Origin: Bugula neritina
Taxonomy: Eukaryota; Animalia; Bryozoa
Direction of reading: 5' to 3'
Assembly (NCBI GenBank): GCA_964035545.1
Contig: OZ037772.1
Location: 7,486,889 to 7,550,888 of the forward strand
Length of the DNA stretch: 64,000 nucleotides
Shown here: positions 1 to 14,129 of the stretch, piece by piece
How the letters are laid out: the number at the start of each line of letters is the position of its first letter
Numbering within the stretch: the first letter of the stretch is position 1
Made by a program: the position numbers and the translations under genes
Notes under the pieces: generated by a model
Told to the model about the DNA's origin: nothing
The model's input: the letters and a program-made list of their open reading frames with translations, nothing else
The model's database searches: none

Positions 1-3000
1 GGGGTGGAGAGTCGGGTCGGTCACATTGGCTACCGAACAGTGATAACCTGCCAATAACAAGAACCACAGACTATATACAACACTAGAGACTACTCAATGA
101 AAAAGTCGTCTGCAAACTCTGCCTCATATTTTAGCAGCATTTGCTGTGAAACAATTAAATTTGGCAGCAGCGGGACACACATTAATAGCTCAACATCACC
201 TAACATAAAAGAAAAAGTACAACTGCACGGCAAGGCACAGTTTAGCATTTAAAAACAATAAATTTCATTCAAATAAGGGTAGTTATCATAGCAATGACCT
301 TGAACTGACCTGAAGGGCAAATGATGCACTCAGACTTGTCCTCAGCCTGGGTGTACGGGTTGTAAGTGCCTGTCTTACAGGGCCAGAACTTCAGACCGTC
401 ACACCAGCCGCCCGGAGGGCAGATTCCTTCTGGCGGTGTTGGGGACGTGCTGCCGACAGAGCAAACGAATCCTCTTTCACAGGGAAAACAGGAAGTGGAT
501 CTGCCGTTAGAGTAATGGCCGGCAGGACACTCGGCTCTCGAGTTGTCTGGTAAATGTAAAGAATGGGTCAGCTGGTCTTTTCATTCACAAATTCGAACAA
601 ACCAAAAACTTACTCATTCATACTTAAACTAACAAAAAAACTACTACTCTAAGTTATGATATCTGTTGATCAAAACGTAAGTAGAAATTGGCATAACGAC
701 AGTTTACAATTTCAACCTCTTATGTTCATGATTCACATGCTAGTCTACTTTGCATCAGATTGCTAAACTTTGTATTATATTATTATGAGTTACACCAACT
801 ATTATACTCTTTATTATTACCATTAATAACAATCAGACTATGATTGAGTCTGCACGCTCCACTCATACTGTGAATCACAGAATTGTTCTATTTTAATGAT
901 GAGTCATATTCACAGTGATAACTACTAAACACTAAGAATATTAATGATATTCACAGTGAGTGTCTCTACACTTAATGACTCATAATCACAGTGACTGTGT
1001 CTACACTCAATGACTCATTCTCGCAGTGAGTGTCTCTGCACTCAATGAATCACACTCACATTGAGTGCGATTTCATTCAATGACTCATACTCACAGTGAG
1101 TGTCTCTACAGAAGAATCCCGGTTCACAGCTCGTGCAGTTTACACTCTCTGCTGCTGAATACTCGCCAGGCTCACATCTGATTGGTCCTTGGTCAGCACG
1201 CGGACAGTAAGAACCGGCCGGACAACTTGTGCAAGCGTCTTGTGACCCGTAGGAGAAGAATCCAGGAAGACATGGTGTACTGTAACATTGTATTCACATT
1301 GATAACTAAAGTTGAAGACAAAGTGTGTACTGTAACAGTGCATCCGCACTCATGACTGGTTTTAAAGAAGCCATTTGTATCATGGTTAGTGGTTGCTTCA
1401 ACAAAATATTTGATACAGATATAACCATATCAAATCCATCAGCAAGATAAATAGATAATCAAAGATATAAATACTAAATGAAACTGAAATTGGGAGAAGT
1501 CATTGTGTAGCGGCTAGAGCGCTGGCCTAGTAAACCCAAGTTCAGCGCTTTGAGTGCCAGCAAAGGTGTTTGGAAGAACATCCAGTCATAATAACTCTTT
1601 TGTCACATATGAATAAGCCTAGGTCAATTCTAAAAACTTTTTTATCAGGGGTTCTCACAGGGATAGTGACTAATAATTTGCGGCAGATTTTTCGTTATGA
1701 AACTGAAAAACAGCTCAGTAATAAGTAAGATGATGTTCTAAGTCTATATTATATATTTATAACTCTTAGATTTACACATAGCCTCAGTTCCAAGCTCACC
1801 TGGAATCTTGATCAACATCTGGACACTCGTAGCCCACCGGGCAGGTGGTGCATTCAGTCTGATTAGCTTCGGCATATGTACCAGTATTACAGGGTATCTC
1901 TATAGCCAGGTTAGTTACTGGACAGGCGTGTCCGGCGGGACAGGAAGTACACTCCGTCTGTAGTCCTACGCTGTATGTACCAGGGTCACAGGCTATGGCT
2001 GTGGAAGAGTTGACCTCAGGACATGCGTACCTAAAGTTGCAAAACATAACTTTATATGAATGTAAAAATAAAATATACTATAGCAAATGATAGGCTGAAA
2101 AACTAAATATGAATTTATATAACCATTTAATCTTCTATTTAGATTACATTGTAAAATAAATAGTTTTAATATACAATAAAATACGAAAAAAAATAAAATA
2201 TACTAGACATTGAAAAGCTAAAAACAAAATTCTAAAATACGAGTATGATGTATGTAACCAGAAATCAGTTATTCTTTCATTTAGAATACATACGAAAAAA
2301 TACTATAAATTATAAAATATTTGTCCTTGAGCGGATTTTTTGAGATATAGATACATAAACAATAAACAAATAAATAACTAGATGTGCAAACAATAACCAA
2401 ACAACTGTTCATCATTGAAATAGTTACCCTGCAGGGCAATCAGTGCAAGCAGTCTGGCCCGAGAGCGAGTAGGTGCCAGGTAAACAGTCCTCTATGTCAG
2501 TGCCATCAACATTGGGGCAGATTTTACCTGCGGGACACTTAGTGCAGGAAGAGGCCATACCTGTTGAGTAGTAGCCTGAGAGACAGGCTATCTGCAGATC
2601 AGTTCTGTAATTATATACAGGGGAGATAACTCTGAGAAATCAAACTATTTTAGGTGTTGACTCAAGATTAATTCAAGGCACAATGCTTAAAATAATAACA
2701 GTATTTTAGCACCCAGGGTTTCATGTCATAAATCCATTGTGAATACAAATCACATTGTAACTAATGTTTCAAAGTAAATTGTATTAGTTTCATTGTCTAT
2801 AAAAGTGTTATTGGAATGTTGCTAGAAGCAGCACAGAGTTCGGGGTGACTGAGTGCGATATTTTCATACACATAGTTGTTCAAACTCCGAACCCTCAACT
2901 CAACTATTGAGGCAGCGTATCAGGGTTACTCACTCTTTATCCGGACAGTAGCTGCCGGCCAGACAGGATGTACAAGAAGCTGAGCCGAGCGTAGAGTAAG

Positions 3001-6000
3001 TCCCGTCAGCACAGGGAGTATTGGCTGTCGGGTCAGCAGAGTCAGGACATTCGTAGCCTGCTGGGCATGACGTGCAGTTGGTGGCGCCAGCAGTGCTCAC
3101 CTCTCCTGTAAACAGAGCACACAGAACATAGGCTATGGTTTATATCAACTCAATGAAAGTATATCATTACAGACTAGTGTTAAACTTTATAGGCTGTCCA
3201 CCTATTAGTATTGTAAAACTCTATAGCATTTCAACAGTGTGAAATTTCTTTAACCTATCAGTATTGTTTTGTAATGTAAGTTATATATTAAAATGCACTT
3301 TCTTGAAAATTAAAATCAAAGCTGAATGGAGACTGAGTAAGTACTATCATCAAAATCAGTCAGCATGGCTTCAGCTTTGCGGCTGATTTGAAGCTCCAAA
3401 AACAAAATTATAAACTACTAAACACGCACATGACTTATACCCTTAAAACAACCAATGCTACTAAAACCTCAGCCTCCAATATAAATCATAATCATTCTGC
3501 TAAAACTAGGATTGAGAGAACGGGCTATGCCCTACCTGGTCCACAGGCTACTGGGCCTGAGTCTGTGTATGGGCAAAAGAACCCAGCATCACACACTGTA
3601 CAGGAAGTGCTGGTTGGGTCAAGGTTGTATGTGCCACGAGGACACAACTCCGGTGACGAGTTTGTAGTGAGACACAAGTAGCCTAAAACAATAGAGTAAT
3701 AAGAACATAGCCAGAGTGAACTGATGCTATACTATATGATGTGGGGTGGCATCTGTGGGCTCCCTAACCTATACTCTCAGCTAATCAGTATGATCATCAA
3801 GCAGAAAATGTTTTAAAAAATCATTGAGCTCTAACGATTTTGACTAAATGTTACTTATTAAAAAAGAGTGCATGTTAACATAACTTTTCCAGAATCTCGG
3901 AAATGAAATACATTGACACCAGTAATACATGCTGGAACTCTGCCAGATGCTTTAGCTTCATAATAAGATGAAAGAGCGTTTTACAACGACCTGGCTACAG
4001 ATACAACTGTGCTCTACACACATAACTATACACTACACACAACTGTACACTACACACACAACTGTACACTACACACACAACTGTACACTACACATAACTA
4101 TACACTACACACACAACTGTACACTACACACAACTATACACTACACACACAACTGTACACTACACACACAACTGTACACTACACACACAACTACACACTA
4201 CACACAACTGTACACTACACACACAACTGTACTCTACACACAACTTTACACACAGTTATCACTAAGTAGATTGAGCTGTTGTAGCAGTTGGCACGTATGA
4301 AGCAGACGTTGTGCACAGCATAAAGTAACCAACCTGTAGGGCACTGAGTGCACGTCTGAGATAGCCCGAGAGAGTATGTGCCAGAGAGACAAGATTCGAC
4401 GTCTGCAGCTAAGGTACTCGGGCACTGTTTACCTGCAGGACACGCTATACAGGAAACAGCTTGTGTGTCGCTATAGTAACCAGCCGTACACGCAGTCTCT
4501 TCACCTGCACCCGTAGGACAGGCGTTACCAGCCGTGCACTCCAGACATGTCAACTCTACAGACAGGAAACAGAATATTACCTAAGAACTCATAGCAAATG
4601 ATGGGGGTGGAGTGAACGCCTACAACACTAAACTGTTCTTCAAAGAGGGAAACGGAGGCTTTCATATAATATATAACTTCTATTAGTTGAAGGCAGCCAT
4701 TACTAAACACTATATTGCGATGAAGTAGATCATATTGGCAAAATGCCACAGTTGGAGATTATATAAGAGAACATATATATCTATCTATATATTTTTATCA
4801 ATGCTTAAAGCATCAGCAAACAAACAGAGTATACCTCTTTATCTCAAAATTATTACTTGTGCATTGAGAACACCACATACTTGAAAATCAAATTTATCAT
4901 TCTTGGAATTTTAGAGTGAAAAACAATTTAGTTTTAGTGACAGCAACTATTTCAAAGGATGGGTGTAGTATACGATATTGGTGGACAGAACGAGCCTCCT
5001 GTTAAATATGAATAATAAAGCCTGAGGTCTAACAGATGAAACTCACCTCCAGCAGGAGAGTAATAGCCTGGCCCACAGCTTTGAGGGGCGGTGTTTGAGC
5101 CATCGCAATACTGGCCAACAGGACATGGCGTGCAAGATGTAGATGAGGCTAAGCTATACTTTCCTGTTGAAATATAAATTTAGGTTTGAAATGACACCTG
5201 TCGTTTTTTACCAATAGCCAATAGGATACAAGCAGTGACAGAAATGACTCAGTGACACTTCCTTACAGGTACTTACAATGGCTGTCATACAGCGAGTAAC
5301 TCAGTGACACTTTTAAAAGCAAGTACTGGCAGATGCTGGTCATATAAAGTAAATAACTTTTCAACCACTGACAAGCACTGACTCAAAATGACACTACTGA
5401 CCTAAACTAAATTTATATGTAGTAGAAAAAGAGTATGAGCAGTCATTAGTAATTAAAGTCATAATCAAAACCAAAACGAATTACAAAATGCTGTAAAATG
5501 TATACTGAAGCTTTTATAAAAATGAAAATGGCTTTATTATAGCCAACTGTGATCACTGTAGTAAAGCATATAAATGAACATTGCAAACTGTAATCTGCAG
5601 AAGACAGGCTGGGTCTAACCTGTGTCACACACAATCTCCTGTATGCCATCGGGACAGTAATAACCGGCAGTACAAGGAGAACATGTGTGATTTCCTAGGG
5701 CTGAGGAGGTTCCAGCAAAACACTTGACAGGATCATCCCTAAAAGAAAAAAATTATGTCACTTCACAGAACTCCTGGAGAGACAAGTTTTTCATATTTCT
5801 ATTCTCTTATACAATTGTTTACCATTTAATAAACACTTGTTATGGATAAAAAAGTAAACACAATTTATGTATTTATACCACTATATTACATATCTGAGGT
5901 TTAAACATTTCACAAAATTAAACTTGATCGATTTCAAAATGGCTGAGAGATACATGTTTCTAATTGCTCTTAACAACAGAAAAGGTCAAATAAAGCACGT

Positions 6001-9000
6001 AGCAATAACACTTTGAAATGGAGTTGATTGTGAGAGTTCCTAAAAGAATGTTTGTATGAAATGGAAATCAAAGTAGACCCAAATACCTGCCTATAGATGT
6101 ATTCAAGTCTACTGTTTGTCTAATAAAGTGAGCTCAAAAGAAATAATCAATAATTCTGGGCAATTTTCAATACTGTTATATATGAACAGCTCATTGAGCC
6201 TATAATCGCGAGGATTACGTCAAAATCTTAGCCTAATTTCTAAAACAAACAAGTGCTAACTTATTTTTAGCTTCTGGTGAGCCCAAATATATTTTAAACT
6301 CAATTTTCACATTAGTATAATGGAATTTCATAAGAAAAATGGATATTGGTGATATTAAAGAGCAAATGTCCTATAAAAACAGTATGTACTGTAGGTTCAA
6401 TTATTATTCTTTTTACTTCACTTCAACTAGAAAAAAACTTTAGTTCAAATCAACAATTTCCCAACTTTCAACGAAGAATTACCACTTAAGATCCAAAAAT
6501 CTAATTAATGACATCTACATGTTGAATCCCATTCAAATCAGAATGGCTAGATGCAGCACAAATGTCCAAGTCATTGAGTGTAGTCTTTTTTGTCTGAACT
6601 CCAAGCCTTAGCTCAAAACTTGAAGTTCACCCCAAAAACACAACAGTGACTACAAACTTTGTGCTAATTCTACATCAGCTCCGAGTTAGGATTGACTAAG
6701 TGCAGTAGCTGACAATTCTCGAGTTTGGAGTTAGGGGTTTAAATTCCCAACTCCAACTCCAAACTCGAGAACCTCCAACAACTACCATCAGCCACCCTCG
6801 ACTCGGAGTTGCTTGGAAAATTTCTAACAAAAGTGTGAAAATTCGCTAAGTTACGAGTGAGATACTCACGCAGGGTCCCCACAAGAGTACCCAGCTGGAC
6901 ATGGATCACATCTATCTTGAGCTAGATTGGGCACAGTGCCAGTTTCGCATTGAGTGCAGCTTTTAGTACCCTCTTCTGCATAGTATCCATCAGGGCACCT
7001 GACAGCACTGTCATAACTGACACAGTCATGACCAGCAGGGCATGGGCTGCAGGTGCTTGACCCTGAATACCAAATCATCTACACTTATACACTTATACAA
7101 CTAACATGCCAGCAAACAATTTCTTAAAAGACCATCACTGCAACAAGCAGATAAAAAGCTTTCTAGAAACTTCTCTAACCTGCTGAGTCTGTATATTCTC
7201 CATCAGGGCACCTGCTACAGTTTGCCTGCTGCAGAGCACTATAGTAGCCCGGTTGACATTGGGTGACAAGTGATGGTGGAAGACAGCTGGAGCCGGCCGG
7301 GCAATCGTCACAAGATGTCTGCCCTTCCTGGGTGGCGTATTGCCCGTCTGCGCAGACGACGGGCTCTGTGTCGGTAGAAGGACAGTACATGCCGGCGGGA
7401 CAGGAAGTACAGTTATTAGCACCTTGGAGAGAGTACTGACCGGAGCCGCACGCCACCGGTACAGATGTACCGGCAACGTCTGCACAGCTGTATCCTGCCG
7501 GGCACGGGTCACATCCTATGGAACCAGCGGAGCTACTGTATGTACCTTGAGCACACACCTGCCAAATGTAGACATCAGAGACTTAACAGTACATCAAACG
7601 TAGAAATCATTTAATTGTGAATATGAAGTCATAAAGTAGTAGTTTAATAGAGAGACATTTTAGGACACATAGCATCGAGAGTAAAGGTTATTACTAATCA
7701 GCATAGCAAGTGGAAACAACTGCAGACACTATTGGAGTGAGTGGAGAGAAAAGTCAATAGTCACACTCATCACTAGAATAGCAGTTGAGAATTCACTTAC
7801 TAGCTAGGAGTTAAGAGTGGAGAATAATTGTCACGAAAAAAGTTGAGCAAAAACTCATGGTTACTAGTTGAGAGTCACTTTAGTTGAGAGTCACAACACA
7901 CAGTTATTGGAGAGTTACTAATAAAGTGAAGAGTTACAAAAGTTGATTTTCAGTTGAGTCCGGCTGCCAGCTACAAACCTGGCAAGCAGAAGAGCTACTC
8001 TCTCCATTTCCTGAGCCATACTGACCAGCTGGACACGGGTTGGGGGCTGCCGCTCCTCCCTCACAACTACAAGAATCCCATAAAATCAAGGGCTAAATAT
8101 TGTATTCTAAGAGAACTCAGCTAGAGTTAGATAAAATCCAGAATAACATCCCTCTATTTTATGTGAGTTTTCAAACTATAAAAAATAAAGTTGGAATTCA
8201 TGAAAAATATACAGTAATTCCAAGTTAACACCTGTAAGCTAAGAGTAAACATGATAAACAAAGTGTTTAATCAAGTTATGCTAATGCAAACAAGGAACCA
8301 TAGAGAGTAAATCTACAAGTGATTGCATTAAGAGAATAGGCCAATTCTACTCCTCATAGAAATTGATCACAAGCAACAATACCCTGTATTTATCTATTGC
8401 TTGGATACACTGTAAACTATGAATATATAATCTGTAGAGTGCAGCTACACCTAGAATATAGTCATAGTGTAACAGTGAGTATGTTTAACAGACTTGGTTT
8501 CAAGTGAGGAAACTTTTAGATTCCTACAAATTCATCAGTTAACAAATATTTGCTTGAATTGATATATCTTCAGCAGTTTGTGTTTGCCTGTTTTATGCAT
8601 CAACAAAATACGCAGAAAAAAACAATATAAATGCAAAGGAAGTGAGCTATAGCCTATAGAGAGACATCTAGTTGCACCCTATTTTTCACATTGAATTTAT
8701 GCCTATTGGTTTAAGACAAGTGTGATATTTTTGTGGGTTGAATAGAACTAGTGCCTGAACATAATCTTTGTTAGAGAGAACAAGATGTGTTGTACAGTTG
8801 AAGCAATCTTTATTGAGTAGAATAATATAATATTAAAGGTCCTCTGCCAGTGAGCTCCAGTAGTAGACTGAACTACACTGGAGCTCGCTGGCTTTTATAT
8901 ACAGCAAGAGATAGGGTTTTTCCTTTGTTGCCGAGATCGGAGGTCCGAAACGCCGACCTTCGGCATTTTGGAAGTCCGAAACGCCGAATTTCAGCACTTC

Positions 9001-10647
9001 GGCATTTCGGCAGTCCGAAACACCGACCTTCGGCATCTCGGGGCTTTCGGCAGCCCGAAATGCCAACTATCGGTATTTCGGCATATCGGAAAGCCGAAAT
9101 GCCGATCTCGGGCAACAGGAAACAAGCGCATGCAAAAATCCACACTACAAGGAAGGGGGGCTGAATATTTTCAGTACAGAAGCCCCTAATGTGTGTTAGA
9201 ATACTTAAGCCACCTAATTGCACATAACTCTAACATATATGGGTGTCTTTCAACAAGCCAACAATTTGCCATCATAAATCTGGTTTCCCTCAGTTTGGCA
9301 ATATGAGAAGTTGGTTATACAAAATGTAACATAATTTTAGTTCAATTTGAGGCCAGCAACTCAAAACTCCACTTAAATACTTTATGTATGTTAGCAGTTT
9401 TTTGCAGTAAGTTGCCATGTTAATTGAGTGATAAAAAAACCAAACAAGACTAGTCACAAGGTAGCCTAAGGCCCTAGGGTGTGATTATACTTACTAGAAT
9501 CCAGGTTCACAAGTTATGCATGATGAGCTGTTAAAGTAGGAGCCAGCAGGACAGCTGGTTATACAGTCAGTTGAGCAATCACAAGCTAGAAGGAAAAATC
9601 ATATCACTTTGATAAATAACCATAAGCAATAGTTACTGAAATTAAACACAGGTTTTGTGATTGCATAACCTTTGTTCATTACTAAGTGGAGGATGGACTA
9701 CACCATCATGGTTTTTACGTTTTTTTCTACCATACAGAGGCTATGTTTTATAGAAAATAAGCATTATTACATAACTTTCTCAATTTAAACAGTGATAAAG
9801 CATAAACAGCCTATGCAAAGTATCCTATAGATATCTAAAAATATGACTTGAAATTCAACTGTGCACAAATTTTTTAGGTAAATGGATATATTGCATTTAC
9901 ATATTTTGATGTAGGATAAATATTGGTAAAAGTAAAAACTGCTCTTGTTTGCAAACATGGCCAAAAACCTCTAGTAAAACAAAAATTGCCAATTACAAAT
10001 CTGTTTTGACTGTTGTTTTAACTGCTAAAATATCAATTTTGCAATGAAGGTAAACAGTACACAATAAAACTAGCTAATAGTTGACTGAATTTATGGGGTA
10101 AATAATTGCACAATGGTGGTATAGTTTCAACTCTAACGTCTTGATCTCCGTAAGCATGGCCTAGAGGACAAGCCCATGATATTTGCAATCCTAAGTTAAC
10201 TGTTAATCAGTATTAAAAACATTGATATTAAATGCGATTATTTGATAACAAAATATTAGCTTTGTGTATAACCAAAAACGCTTTAAATTAAAAGTTAACA
10301 TATTTACTTCCATCACATTTAAATTTAGTATAAAAACAAAAAATAGTCAAAATGAAAAATATAGCTCAGTATGAGTATGACTATTAGTGCTAGTAGTAGT
10401 AGTAGTACTACTACTAGGAACATTAATTTCTACGTTGGAATCACCTATAAAACGAATACTATCAGTGTGTAAATAAGATAATTGAATCTGCTTCTAAAAC
10501 AAATACTATTGCAAGTAATAATATAATATGAAATGACAATCTCAATCTGTCTCACTCACAGACTCAGACTGAGTCTGACTCACCTTGCAATGAAAACTCA
10601 ACACATGCCGAGAATGAAATTATTAAAAACAAAGCGGCGTACTTCAT
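1..10647 (-). CDS. Secreted Cys-rich repeat protein (GCC2/GCC3, Ephrin_rec_like or TNFR-like repeats); 3' end lies beyond the window. Exons: 10647-10584, 9585-9495, 8066-7979, 7558-7180, 7062-6870, 5738-5620, 5163-5047, 4555-4334, 3682-3536, 3105-2934, 2604-2428, 2030-1800, 1279-1095, 546-310, 47-<1
   Basis: All 15 exons have GT-AG boundaries with matching phases and give one open frame. It starts with a signal-peptide-like MKYAALFLIISFSACVEFSLQ, followed by repeated CxxGxYS...CxxCPAGxxC units (e.g. CDPGTYSVGLQTECTSCPAGHAC). Confidence 0.88.
900..1110. repeat. Degenerate ~35-40 bp tandem repeat overlapping the splice donor of exon 1279-1095
   Basis: The unit cacagtgagtgtctctacactcaatgactcatact recurs about 5 times. 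Confidence 0.7.
1500..1697 (+). mobile_element. Degenerate SINE-like dispersed repeat (other copies ~40170-40368 and ~49300-49440)
   Basis: Shared blocks ggaaga(a/g)catccagtcata, ggggttctca and ggatag(c/t)gacta...ttgcg occur at up to three loci. The 5' part is loosely tRNA-like. Confidence 0.45.
4003..4253. repeat. Intronic minisatellite (ACACTACACACACAACTGT)n
   Basis: About 13-14 copies of a 17-19 bp unit. Explains the spurious H/T/Y-rich ORFs here. Confidence 0.92.
8721..9149 (-). mobile_element. Solo LTR (Gypsy-type) in intron 2 of the Cys-rich gene
   Basis: On the minus strand it reads TGTAGTGTGG...CCGA/TCGG array...TATATAAAAG...AATAAA...AACCCACAAAAATATCACA, the same layout as the LTRs at 14367 and 16704. 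No clean TSD. Confidence 0.7.
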
Positions 10648-11334
10648 TACAGAAAGTAGCTTTTTACATATTTTTTGTTAAATTTAGAACTAATTTATTG
10701 TTGTTGCAACTAATCTAACCGATGGCATATCTTATTTTAAGTATGAGCGCTGAAATGGAATGACAAGTTTTGATCACAGCGCAGCCATGTTTGTAGCCAG
10801 CAAGTGCTTCGGTGATTCTAGGCAACGCGTAAATAACAATCTGTGTGTGTAGTTGTCTTCTTTATAAAAAGCCTCTCTTATTGCTCGCTAAAACTATTGC
10901 GTTTGGATCGTATAATATTTATAACCATATTGAAACCTGTATTTAGGCAATCATTCCTAACTTGAATTTAATACTTTTACTTAGTTTGTTGGTCTAAAAA
11001 ATTCATAACATCGTAAATTCTTTGTTGGTTGAAAAGTTCAACGCGTAATTGTAATAAGTAATAATATAATTTATAATAATAATTACATTACTACTATTTT
11101 GTAAATGTTCTAGTAGTAACTCGTTGAAATCTAGGCGAGGTTTCTTAAGCTTACTATTGCTACGCGAGTGCCTTGTTAAGCCCTCCCAATATCTGTTTCA
11201 TTAGTTACAGTACTGAAAGATCGCAGCAGCGCTTGGCATTGCTACCTGTTCTTCGCTGAATTATCATTATAACGTTGTAGTTTTGTTGTATTTTGCTAAT
11301 ATAAATATAATAGGTTTTCTACATTTAAAACCTA
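10648..11334. promoter_or_regulatory. Probable bidirectional promoter and 5' UTR region between divergent genes
   Basis: Only ~690 bp separate the two divergent ATGs, and the region is locally enriched in CpG. Confidence 0.55.
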
Positions 11335-13117
11335 ATGGAGAAGTTCAAAGAACAATTGCTGCTTGATAAAGAGCCTGCTGGAGATGACAACGCACTTTTA
11401 GAGGAATTCATGAGACTTTATGGTGGCTCTAGCTCAGCCCCAGAAGCCGAAAGTCAAAATCAAAATGAAAATCTAAAATTTAAAGTTGTCGAGCCGCATG
11501 CTGGGTTTTGTATAAAAACTAAATCTCAAGATGGAAATGGAAGTACAAGTAAAGTGTTTTTAAACATTTGCACCGCAGATCACATTCCATCACCTCAAGA
11601 AATCACTGATGAAGAACTAGCTGATATCCTGAGTTGCGAAGATCCCTCTAAATTCCGCGTTCCCATGAGTTTAGGAGAGCCTCACGCCGAAGTAGATAAG
11701 TCAGGCAATGGATGCATAGTATATGACATTGTTATTAGTCAAAAGTTTTTCAACAAAATCTCATCCAACAACTTATTCATGGGCTTTTTCATGTCCGTAG
11801 TATTTGAAGGTTTAGACAACAAGTATGATGTTAAGCTAAGTTCAGATTGGATCAAGTTGAAAAACAAAAAGCAAATGGGGAAAATTATGACTCAGCATAT
11901 TCGTACAGAGAGCAAGCCATGGATCGTAGAAATGGATGCAAACTCATCACCCAGTGCTCAATCAGTGGGGTAAGCATCACATCTTTCAGTTTTCTTTTGG
12001 TTAGATTATGACATACGATTTTTCATCATCCTTTAATACTAATAGCCTATATTATGTTGCACTCTGTTCTAAAACAAATTTGCTCTCATATTAGACAGCA
12101 TTTTTATACAAAACCATTTAATGTCACTCTTGGTTATGATTTTTTATCATGCATATCACATAGTATTTTGTTTACATTATTAACTCAAGGTTGCTATATT
12201 TGCAGGCCATTAATCTCGGAGGTGAAAGATACTGTCAAAGCTAAATCAGTTGAGCCCAAGTATAAGATTGTTCAGGAGCCAACTACTGGACACCCTGACT
12301 ATTTGATTGCCGAGGTGACAAATGTTCTCGTGTTGTTATTGGTTGAAGGTTGTAGGATGTATTTATGGTTGTTGTGTGATATTGTAATGGGTTATGCAGT
12401 CTAATAATATGAAATTACTCTCTCTCCCTTGTGGGGAATACTAATAGACACTAAATGTTATCCAATGAGAAGAACAGGAAGGCGAGCTTCCTGTCCAGTG
12501 ACAATTCCCGGGTTAATTAGCAATTATCACGTTGTTGTGAGCGAGGACTCGTAGTGTAAACACGTATTAGTAGGTGACTAATGTCAGCAGTAAATTGATG
12601 TAATGTTTGTATTGTGTTTTATTGTGGATAATAAAAGTTATTACTCGACAGCTACCCTAGTAATTACTAGTTAACGCCAGCACTGAATACCTCAGATAAA
12701 TCCACGCATAACTATTGTGTAACCCACAACAATATTATATAACCAAAATCTAAGGTAACTAGATTTTTGAATCAAAAATTAAATAAATCAGTATGTTATA
12801 TCTTAATTACTCTAATAAATCACAGTGGTTAATATGTAGGAGGTCTCTTCAGGCTCTTTGTGTTGTTCAGTCACTGGCTCTCAGTCTATATAATTATGTG
12901 TTTACAGATAGATCTGCCTGAGATAAGGAGTAGTAAAGCCATCACATTGGACATAGGAGAGGACTGTATTGTACTAAACACCAGGTCTCTGCTCTACTCA
13001 CTACATATCTACCTTCCTTACAGCTTTGTTCAGACAGAGTGTGGTGCACAGTTTGATAAACAGTCTAAGAAACTCTCCATAACTTTACCTGTTGTCCCTC
13101 AGCAGGCAGTATCATGA
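11335..13117 (+). CDS. PIH1D1: PIH1 domain-containing protein 1-like (R2TP co-chaperone subunit), ~317 aa. Exons 11335-11969, 12206-12314, 12908-13117
   Basis: PIH1 motifs PHAGFCIKT, KVFLNIC and FRVPMSLGEPHAEVDKSGNGCIVYDIVI, plus a C-terminal CS-like domain (AQFDKQSKKLSITLPV). GT-AG introns in phase 2 and phase 0. Confidence 0.88.
12383..12731 (+). mobile_element. Probable solo LTR in intron 2 of PIH1D1
   Basis: Imperfect terminal inverted repeat TGTAATGGGTTA...TAACCCACAACA, flanked by ATAT on both sides, with an internal AATAAA. Confidence 0.6.
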
Positions 13118-14129
13118 CATGCTATCAGTGACACTTCAAGCACCTGTTGGCAACTGCCTACGTGACTCAGCTGGATGACATGGCATCGTAGTTGGTATGG
13201 TGTGATGTAAGTCAGTGATCAAAGTCGAGTAATTGCATGCTATCAACTTGTGAAAATCAGAGATAAAATTATGTTGTTTGCATATTATCCATTATCTTTA
13301 AATTGGAATTGCGTATACCAGCCTGGGAGCTTAGCCTTGTTGTTTTACTGAAATATATATAAATAAATGAGTTTTTAAACTTTTTAATGATGCCACTTGT
13401 GGTAATACAGTACCTGCTTGGCTTCTGCTGTTACTTTTCTCATCTCACATGTACGTATGGTAAATTAAACTATTTATGCAATAATGCATAAATATATAAT
13501 ATTATAATATACTGTAAGATGGTTAAAACAACAATCAATGTTTAAGTTTCAAGTCCAAATTATAACTTATAACATAATTTCAAGCACTGCTCGACTCAAA
13601 ATGAATACTATTCTACTACTAAATCTCCATTGACCTAATGTTATACAAAACTGATAGGTTTCATTGTTGCTTAAGTAGTTGAAATATTATAGAATTAGCA
13701 GCATAGTGAAATTCTATATAAAATTTCACTTGTTTTGCCAGAAATAGCTGTCTGTATCCATGGTGAGCTAGCTCAAAAGTCTACCTTAATATTTTATAAA
13801 CAGTAATGTTGTTGGTGACTGTCATGTAGCACCTTGTATACTCCACTAAACAAAAGTAATGCCCCCCCCCCCCTGTTAAACATCTTTGCTGGTGTTTTAC
13901 CACAATGCTGACAGAGCCATGAATGTAGACATTAACTGATAACTTATGGTATGCAAGGTTTTAAATAATGTTCTGCAATTCTGTTTACATCCTGTGTAGC
14001 TAGTACATAACAGTTGACAGGCAGTAAGAAATTGTCAAGAAGGAAATAAAGCTGTGAGTGATTTTAGGCAGCTGGCAGTGTAACAGTAAGCAACGTAATA
14101 GCTGCTGGTAACGAACTGTCATTAAGAGG

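Noticed and set aside
6718-6769. Intronic hairpin ctcgagtttggagtt...aactccaaactcgag as a structured ncRNA
   Set aside because: More likely part of a degenerate dispersed repeat or MITE (similar motifs near 2835-2905); no RNA family features.
8925-9120. CRISPR-like array, or the overlapping 73-116 aa ORFs as genes
   Set aside because: There is no constant repeat with unique spacers and no cas genes; the region is the repetitive U3 part of a solo LTR.
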